Shown piece by piece: positions 59,099 to 64,000 of a stretch of DNA of 64,000 nucleotides (the first letter of the stretch is position 1; each line of letters begins with the position of its first letter). The stretch is taken from contig CAZZMB010000004.1 in NCBI GenBank assembly GCA_964655225.1, forward strand, positions 14,508 through 78,507. The letters are read 5' to 3'. The translations under genes and the position numbers were made by a program. This DNA is from an uncultured Chitinophagales bacterium. Its GTDB lineage: Bacteria; Bacteroidota; Bacteroidia; Chitinophagales; UBA8649. The notes below the pieces were generated by a model, which ran no database searches, had not been told where the DNA came from, and saw nothing but the letters and a program-made list of their open reading frames with translations.

Positions 59099-59230
59099 TT
59101 ATTTCTTTGCCTTGGCTTTTTTCTTCTTAGCTGGAGGGGTAGCTACAACTGGCGTTCTTTTTGGTCTTGATACACCATAAGATCCTTTCGAAATTTTTCC
59201 TCGTTTAGTTTTTTTATCACCTCTTCCCAT
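59099..59230 (-). CDS. 30S ribosomal protein Thx (bTHX), 43 aa; below the ORF-track length cutoff
   Basis: My translation of the minus strand is MGRGDKKTKRGKISKGSYGVSRPKRTPVVATPPAKKKKAKAKK*. The MGxGDxxTxRGK(I)xxGxYG signature matches Thx. Confidence 0.8.
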   Translation of the reverse strand: MGRGDKKTKRGKISKGSYGVSRPKRTPVVATPPAKKKKAKAKK

Positions 59231-59262
59231 GTTCTACAGATTTAATTTAGTTTATAAGCTTG

Positions 59263-59270
59263 CAAAAATA
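59263..59270 (-). promoter_or_regulatory. Candidate -7 promoter box (TATTTTTG) for the Thx gene, overlapping the HU terminator U-tract
   Basis: Exact TAnnTTTG on the minus strand, 33 nt upstream of the Thx ATG. Confidence 0.35.
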
Positions 59271-59304
59271 AAAAAATCCCACTAGAAACGAGTTATAGTG
59301 GGAT
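59265..59304 (-). terminator. Rho-independent terminator of the HU gene
   Basis: On the minus strand, a 9-bp stem ATCCCACTA/TAGTGGGAT with an 11-nt loop is followed by a T-run. Confidence 0.8.
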
Positions 59305-59330
59305 TTAATATTTTAATAGAGTTTAAATGC

Positions 59331-59600
59331 TTAAACTCTTGAAGATAATTCTTTACCTGGCTTGAATTTTACAACGTTCTTAGCTGCAATATTGATTTCC
59401 ATTCCAGTTTGAGGGTTTCTTCCTTTTCTTGCTGCTCTATGATTTACAGAGAAAGTACCAAATCCAACTAAAGTCAACTTGTCTCCTTTTGCTAGAGTTG
59501 AAGTTACTCCATCAGTAACAGCTTCTAAAGCAGCACCTGCTTGTACTTTTGTTAAACCTGCATCTTCAGCAATTTTGCTTATTAATTCACCTTTGTTCAT
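59331..59600 (-). CDS. hup: DNA-binding protein HU
   Basis: MNKGELISKIAE..., GFGTF, and RKGRNPQTG motifs. 89 aa. Confidence 0.95.
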   Translation of the reverse strand: MNKGELISKIAEDAGLTKVQAGAALEAVTDGVTSTLAKGDKLTLVGFGTFSVNHRAARKGRNPQTGMEINIAAKNVVKFKPGKELSSRV

Positions 59601-59876
59601 AATATATAGTTTTAGTTAAAAAAAATTATGCTATAAAAGTAAGCTCAATTCCTTTACTGATGGGCCTTTGCGTGGATTGACCATGTGGATAATTTATAGT
59701 TTACTTGAGTGATTAAATAAAACAATTTTGATAACATGTTGTAAATCAGATGATTAAAAATTACCATGTTAAAAAAAAATTTGTGGATATATTTTGAATT
59801 TTTTTTTAAAAGCCCTAGTAAAATAAGGCTTTTTTGCCTTTTTGTCCATCCTAGTTTGTAAATTTACAATCAAATT

Positions 59877-60641
59877 ATGGAAAATTTAAGCACAGACAAT
59901 CGTTACTTGCAATTTGGCAGCGGTCCAGTAATTGTTTTACTTCATGGCTTGTTTGGTGCTTTGAGTAATTTTGAAAAGGTAATAGAGCATTTTCAGCAAG
60001 ACTACACCGTACTTTTTCCGCAACTACCACTTTATACATCATCACTGCTGAGTTCAACAGTTAATGGGATGGTTGATTTTGTAAATGTAATAATTGAGGA
60101 AAAAAAGTTTTCAAACCTTCACTTAGTGGGCAATTCTTTAGGTGGGCACATTGGTTTGGTTTATGCCCTTAAGAATATGGATAAAGTTGCATCTATAACC
60201 TTAACAGGAAGCTCGGGTTTGTTTGAGAATTCTTTAGGTGATGGATATCCTAACAAAGAAAATTACGATTACATTCGCAAAAAAACGGAATATACATTTT
60301 ACGATCCCACCGTGGCATCTAAGGAATTGGTAGATGAGATATTTAATACAGTCAACGATAGAGCAAAAGCAATAAGAGTTATTGCACTTGCAAAATCTGC
60401 ACTTCGACATAATCTTCGTAAAGAATTAAATAAAATTGATATTCCTGCAAATATTATTTGGGGTGGGAATGATAATATTACTCCACTTTTTGTTGGAGAG
60501 GAATTTCAAAAATTGATTCCAAATGCCAAACTTTCAGTTATTGATAAGTGTGGCCATGCAGCGATGATGGAACATCCAGAAAGGTTTAATGAACTTTTGG
60601 AGCAATTTTTGATAAACTTATATGTAAATAAATTAGAGTGA
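59877..60641 (+). CDS. Alpha/beta hydrolase fold protein
   Basis: HGLFG oxyanion region, GNSLGG nucleophile elbow, and the C-terminal CGHAAMMEHP His motif. Confidence 0.8.
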   Translation: MENLSTDNRYLQFGSGPVIVLLHGLFGALSNFEKVIEHFQQDYTVLFPQLPLYTSSLLSSTVNGMVDFVNVIIEEKKFSNLHLVGNSLGGHIGLVYALKNMDKVASITLTGSSGLFENSLGDGYPNKENYDYIRKKTEYTFYDPTVASKELVDEIFNTVNDRAKAIRVIALAKSALRHNLRKELNKIDIPANIIWGGNDNITPLFVGEEFQKLIPNAKLSVIDKCGHAAMMEHPERFNELLEQFLINLYVNKLE

Positions 60642-61297
60642 TAGCCAAAAACGCCATTGAAGAAAGCACCCCCTTCCTCCGCATCACGGATTCTGTAAAG
60701 TTTGCTGTTGAACTTATGGAAGAGTTCAAACAAGAGCACCTGCCCGTGTTAAATGGGAAGGAGTTGGTTGGTGTTGTATCTGAACAGCAATTGCTAGACA
60801 CTGTGGGTGTTGATCTTTTGAGTGAATTGTCGTTTCCCTTGATAAAAATAGCGGTTAAAGAACATACCCATTTGTTTGATGCTATGAAGGCAGGGTTTGA
60901 AAGTAGAAGCAGTATTTTACCTGTGGTTAATAGTGAGGATAATTACATAGGACTTATCTCTCCTCGAAGTTTGTTGATAAAATTATCCGAGTTCAATTTT
61001 GTGCGAGAATCAGGAGGAATATTTGTTTTAGAAATACCCGCTCATGATTATTCTTTGGCAGAAATCTCAAGAATAGTTGAATCCAATAAAGCTGCTGTTC
61101 TTTCTATAGCCACTGCAACTATTGAAGGTTCAGACGATCTTCAAGTCACGGTTAAAGTTAACACATTAGACCTTACCTATATTATTGCTACTTTGGAAAG
61201 ATACAATTATACAATTTCTAACATTTTCCATCAAGCTGAACAAATTGATCAGCTTAAAGAACGGTATGATGCACTCATGCATTATTTAAACGTTTGA
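60638..61297 (+). CDS. CBS domain-containing protein
   Basis: Tandem CBS-like units (LPVLNGKELVGVVS, LPVVNSEDNYIGLIS). The GTG start overlaps the upstream stop (GTGA). Confidence 0.7.
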   Translation: MIAKNAIEESTPFLRITDSVKFAVELMEEFKQEHLPVLNGKELVGVVSEQQLLDTVGVDLLSELSFPLIKIAVKEHTHLFDAMKAGFESRSSILPVVNSEDNYIGLISPRSLLIKLSEFNFVRESGGIFVLEIPAHDYSLAEISRIVESNKAAVLSIATATIEGSDDLQVTVKVNTLDLTYIIATLERYNYTISNIFHQAEQIDQLKERYDALMHYLNV

Positions 61298-61339
61298 TTT
61301 TCATTTGACTTTCATTGAAATGATGTCTAAGTATTCCCT

Positions 61340-61347
61340 TATCTTTG
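61340..61347 (+). promoter_or_regulatory. Candidate -7 promoter box (TATCTTTG) abutting the nadK start codon
   Basis: Exact TAnnTTTG whose G lies 5 nt before the A of the ATG at 61352. TTG/TTTG candidates for a -33 element lie 22-35 nt upstream. Confidence 0.35.
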
Positions 61348-61351
61348 TCTT

Positions 61352-62230
61352 ATGCACGTAGCAGTATATGGACGAAATTTAAAGCCAAGCACAACACCGT
61401 ATGTAGCGCAATTCTTTGAGCTTTTAAAAGCTAAAGGAATAAGCTATACGGTAAATAGACCATTTCATAAGCATCTACTCTCAGATCATTCTTTAACTAT
61501 TGATGATTCTACCTTTAGTAAGAAGAAGGAAATAACCGCAGCTATTGACTTTGTTTTTAGCTTAGGAGGCGATGGGACAATACTCGATGCGGTTAGTTGG
61601 ATTGGAGATAAAGAAATCCCTGTAGTTGGCATAAATTTTGGCCGATTAGGGTTTTTGGCAAGTATTTCAATTAATGACATTGAAGATTCACTAAATGCCA
61701 TAATTAATGGAAAGCACGTTATTGATAAGCGAAACTTAATTCAATTAGAATCAAACAAAAAGCTATTTGGCAACACTTCATTTGCTTTAAATGAGTTTAC
61801 CGTGCAGCGCGTGGAAACTTCTTCCATGATAACCGTTCATACTTATTTAAACGGACAGCATTTAAATTCTTATTGGGCAGATGGCTTGATTGTCTCTACT
61901 GCCACAGGCTCGACGGGTTATTCGCTTAGCTGTGGAGGTCCTGTAATTTATCCAAATAGCAAGAATTTTGTTATTACACCCGTAGCACCTCATAATTTAA
62001 ATGTACGACCAATGGTCGTGCCAGACGATGTGGAGCTGCGTTTGCATGTAGAGGGAAGAAGTAAGCGATTTCTAGCAAGCTTAGATAGTCGAAATAAAAC
62101 TATTGATGCTAGTTTTGAGCTTAAACTTAAGAAAGCTTCCTTCCAAGCACATTTGGTGAGGTTAAGCTCAAGCAATTTTGTAAACGCGATTAGGGAAAAG
62201 TTACTTTGGGGAGAAGATTTGAGAAATTAA
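61352..62230 (+). CDS. nadK: NAD kinase
   Basis: LGGDGTILD, NFGRLGFL, and TGSTGYSLSCGGP motifs. Confidence 0.92.
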   Translation: MHVAVYGRNLKPSTTPYVAQFFELLKAKGISYTVNRPFHKHLLSDHSLTIDDSTFSKKKEITAAIDFVFSLGGDGTILDAVSWIGDKEIPVVGINFGRLGFLASISINDIEDSLNAIINGKHVIDKRNLIQLESNKKLFGNTSFALNEFTVQRVETSSMITVHTYLNGQHLNSYWADGLIVSTATGSTGYSLSCGGPVIYPNSKNFVITPVAPHNLNVRPMVVPDDVELRLHVEGRSKRFLASLDSRNKTIDASFELKLKKASFQAHLVRLSSSNFVNAIREKLLWGEDLRN

Positions 62231-62286
62231 GCTCAAATTGGATTTTTGGCATATTAATTGACTAGATAAATGTAAATAGTATAAAA

Positions 62287-62817
62287 ATGAGAAACCTACT
62301 TTTGATATTTATGGCAGTTGTTTTAATGAGCAGTTGTAAAACATTAATACCTTTCACGGAGGATTTAAAAACAAGTAATTCTTGGACGAATAATGAAGTC
62401 AAGAAAATCCAATATTATAATTCTGAGCCAATAGTTCTAAACAGGCAGCTTAACAGTAATGAAACTGGAATTGTCTCTGGGAAAATTAAGATGGTTGGTG
62501 GCAAGCAAGTAGAGGAGATTGTCATTCGCGAAGGTACTCCCGGTATCGTTTCAGCCTTGCCAGACGGACTTAGGATGGCCGTCAGCTTCGAAATAGGGGA
62601 TGATCATTACCTAACTTTTGGAGTAGATAGTAAAAGAGGTGGAAGATATTATTTGCGATTGAAGGATTATGAGAAAAATAAGTTTGCTTCAGTGACATAT
62701 TTTGGAAAAACTTATGATGTGAGTCCAATTGCTCTTAATGCATACTTACAAGTAAACTTGAAAAAAATAAATAAGGAAAAGCTATCCTTGCGCGTTGCCA
62801 AGGGGCGCAAGCTTTAA
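62287..62817 (+). CDS. Hypothetical lipoprotein
   Basis: Lipobox LMSSC. 176 aa, followed by a hairpin terminator. Confidence 0.5.
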   Translation: MRNLLLIFMAVVLMSSCKTLIPFTEDLKTSNSWTNNEVKKIQYYNSEPIVLNRQLNSNETGIVSGKIKMVGGKQVEEIVIREGTPGIVSALPDGLRMAVSFEIGDDHYLTFGVDSKRGGRYYLRLKDYEKNKFASVTYFGKTYDVSPIALNAYLQVNLKKINKEKLSLRVAKGRKL

Positions 62818-62837
62818 TAAAACAGTTAAACATTAGT

Positions 62838-62869
62838 AAAAAGAGCACTCAATTGGGGTGCTCTTTTTA
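62838..62869 (+). terminator. Rho-independent terminator
   Basis: Stem AAAAGAGCAC/GTGCTCTTTT with a ~9-nt loop and a trailing T-run. Confidence 0.75.
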
Positions 62870-62941
62870 GTTTACGCTCCATTATTGATAGACTAGGCTT
62901 ATCTTTTTCTTAAAAGACATATAAATATGTAGTGAATACGC

Positions 62942-62949
62942 TATATTTG
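62942..62949 (+). promoter_or_regulatory. Candidate -7 promoter box (TATATTTG) for ppiD
   Basis: Exact TAnnTTTG match 40 nt upstream of the ATG at 62989. Confidence 0.35.
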
Positions 62950-62988
62950 CACCTCTTAAATAAGAAGAAATAATTAAAATAGATTTAA

Positions 62989-64000
62989 ATGGCGGTTATA
63001 GGTACATTAAGACAAAAATTAGGCGGTATATTAATATTCGTCATTGCCTTGGCAATGTTGGCCTTCATCCTAATGGATATGGGCGGACAAGGTAATGGCC
63101 CCGTAAGAGGAACAGATATAGTTGTGGTAAATGGAGAAAAGATTTCATACGCTGAGTTTGATGCGCGTTTGAAAATCAATGAGACCTTTTTGAAAAATCA
63201 GCTTCAAGGAGCGGATTTAACCGTCGCTCAAAAGGAAAATGTTCGCACAAGTACGTTCAATGAAATCATTAATGATAAATTGAAAAAAGATTTGTTTGAA
63301 GACCTAGGCATTCAAGTTGCAACAGCTGAAAAAAAAGCCATGCTTTTTGATCAGGAGTTTCAACATCCAAGTATTACTTCTTCATTCGCGGGAGAAAATG
63401 GTCAGTATGATGCTGCGCTGTTTAAGCAATATTTAGAAACATTAGATTTGGTCGATAAAAATTCAGGTTTAACTGCAGAAGAAAAACGTGCACAATGGAC
63501 AAATTTTGAGCAAGCGATTTATAAGGAAAGATTAGAAAAAAAGTATAATCAGTTGTTAGCGAAAAGTGCAAATGTGCCAACTTGGATGGCAGAAGCTTTG
63601 TACACGAATGACAATCTTAAGGCCAATGCAGAATTTGTTTACCTTCCATTTGCTGGTGTAACTGATGATGAGCTTTCTTTTTCAGATTCAGACCTCAATG
63701 CATATTTAGAGAATCATGAAAATGAGTTTAAACAAGATGCTTCTGTAAATATCAAGTACGTAGCTTTCGCCATAGCTCCATCAAGTGATGATGTTTTGAA
63801 TGCAGAAAATTGGATGACCGATAAGTTCGCTCAATGGCAGATAGCTGAGGACGATTCCTTGTTTATAATGGCAAGTTCAGAAACGCGATGGGATAGAAGG
63901 TTTTACAAAGAAGGTGAGTTAACGAATGCCTTTGCAGATTCCATTTTCTCTGCTAAGGCAGGTACTTTATTTGGCCCTCTAAAAGTGAATGATAGTTTCG
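62989..64000 (+). CDS. ppiD: Periplasmic chaperone / peptidyl-prolyl isomerase PpiD-like (SurA N-terminal domain), 3' end cut by the window edge
   Basis: The frame is open from the ATG at 62989 to the window end, so it is absent from the ORF track. MAVIGTLRQKLGGILIFVIALAMLAFILMD is an N-terminal TM anchor, followed by a SurA_N-like region. Confidence 0.75.
   Translation, partial: MAVIGTLRQKLGGILIFVIALAMLAFILMDMGGQGNGPVRGTDIVVVNGEKISYAEFDARLKINETFLKNQLQGADLTVAQKENVRTSTFNEIINDKLKKDLFEDLGIQVATAEKKAMLFDQEFQHPSITSSFAGENGQYDAALFKQYLETLDLVDKNSGLTAEEKRAQWTNFEQAIYKERLEKKYNQLLAKSANVPTWMAEALYTNDNLKANAEFVYLPFAGVTDDELSFSDSDLNAYLENHENEFKQDASVNIKYVAFAIAPSSDDVLNAENWMTDKFAQWQIAEDDSLFIMASSETRWDRRFYKEGELTNAFADSIFSAKAGTLFGPLKVNDSF

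Noticed and set aside
58995-59180. 61-aa plus-strand ORF spanning the pdxH end and the downstream region.
   Set aside because: It overlaps the pdxH 3' end in another frame. It is also the mirror image of the Thx gene, whose minus-strand translation has a clear family signature.
59601-59876. 276-bp AT-rich gap between HU and the hydrolase gene, examined for a small RNA or small ORF.
   Set aside because: It contains only very short ORFs (15 aa or less), no convincing stable hairpins and no motif of a known RNA family that I can recognise. It probably holds divergent promoters with A/T tracts.
62985-63179. 64-aa minus-strand ORF.
   Set aside because: The plus strand here encodes the N-terminal TM anchor and SurA_N region of a PpiD-like protein, open to the window end. 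The minus ORF is an artefact.
1-64000. Search for CRISPR arrays, tRNA/rRNA genes, transposases, integrases and long nucleotide repeats.
   Set aside because: I found no regularly spaced direct repeats, no cloverleaf-like or rRNA-like segments in the intergenic gaps, and no ORF with transposase or integrase motifs. This was scanning by eye, so short or degenerate elements could have been missed.

Overview
The window is a gene-dense, AT-rich chromosomal segment that looks like Bacteroidota, most likely Flavobacteriia. The evidence is T9SS type A and type B C-terminal sorting domains, an alternative complex III (ACIII) plus aa3-type oxidase gene order, TAnnTTTG -7 promoter boxes, no obvious Shine-Dalgarno sequences, and a ribosomal protein Thx gene. 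I support about 58 protein-coding genes, one cobalamin riboswitch, four hairpin terminators and several candidate promoters. I found no rRNA, tRNA, CRISPR array, transposase or integrase.

Layout:
- 1-9.2 kb: tail of ACIII (ActE/ActF), then cytochrome c oxidase subunits II, I, heme O synthase, two subunit III-like genes, subunit IV, SCO1, DUF420 and a tiny CxxC membrane protein.
- 9.3-31.3 kb: housekeeping genes (M1 peptidase, ATL-type MGMT, trmB, anmK, hutU, udk, prmA, tpiA), a 1230-aa T9SS adhesin and a 1592-aa secreted protein of unknown function.
- 31.6-40.2 kb: nine contiguous heme biosynthesis genes, hemA-C-D-E-F-B-L-H-J.
- 40.3-52.3 kb: dapA, accA, uvrD/pcrA, an AlkP/NPP-TPR-sulfotransferase fusion, and uvrA.
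- 52.4-55.5 kb: cobalamin riboswitch, TonB-dependent receptor, and a T9SS-sorted DUF4465-like protein.
- 55.6-64 kb: DUF5606, M3 peptidase, pdxH, Thx (missed by the ORF track), HU, hydrolase, CBS protein, nadK and ppiD (3' partial).

Nothing here is a recognisable defence or mobile island. The most interesting candidates are the riboswitch-controlled T9SS cargo, the three-domain phosphodiesterase-sulfotransferase fusion, the giant orphan envelope protein, the compact and AT-rich complete heme operon, the His-rich insertion in ActF, and the CxxC micro-protein in the oxidase assembly block. All functional calls come from motif recognition by eye. No database search was run.
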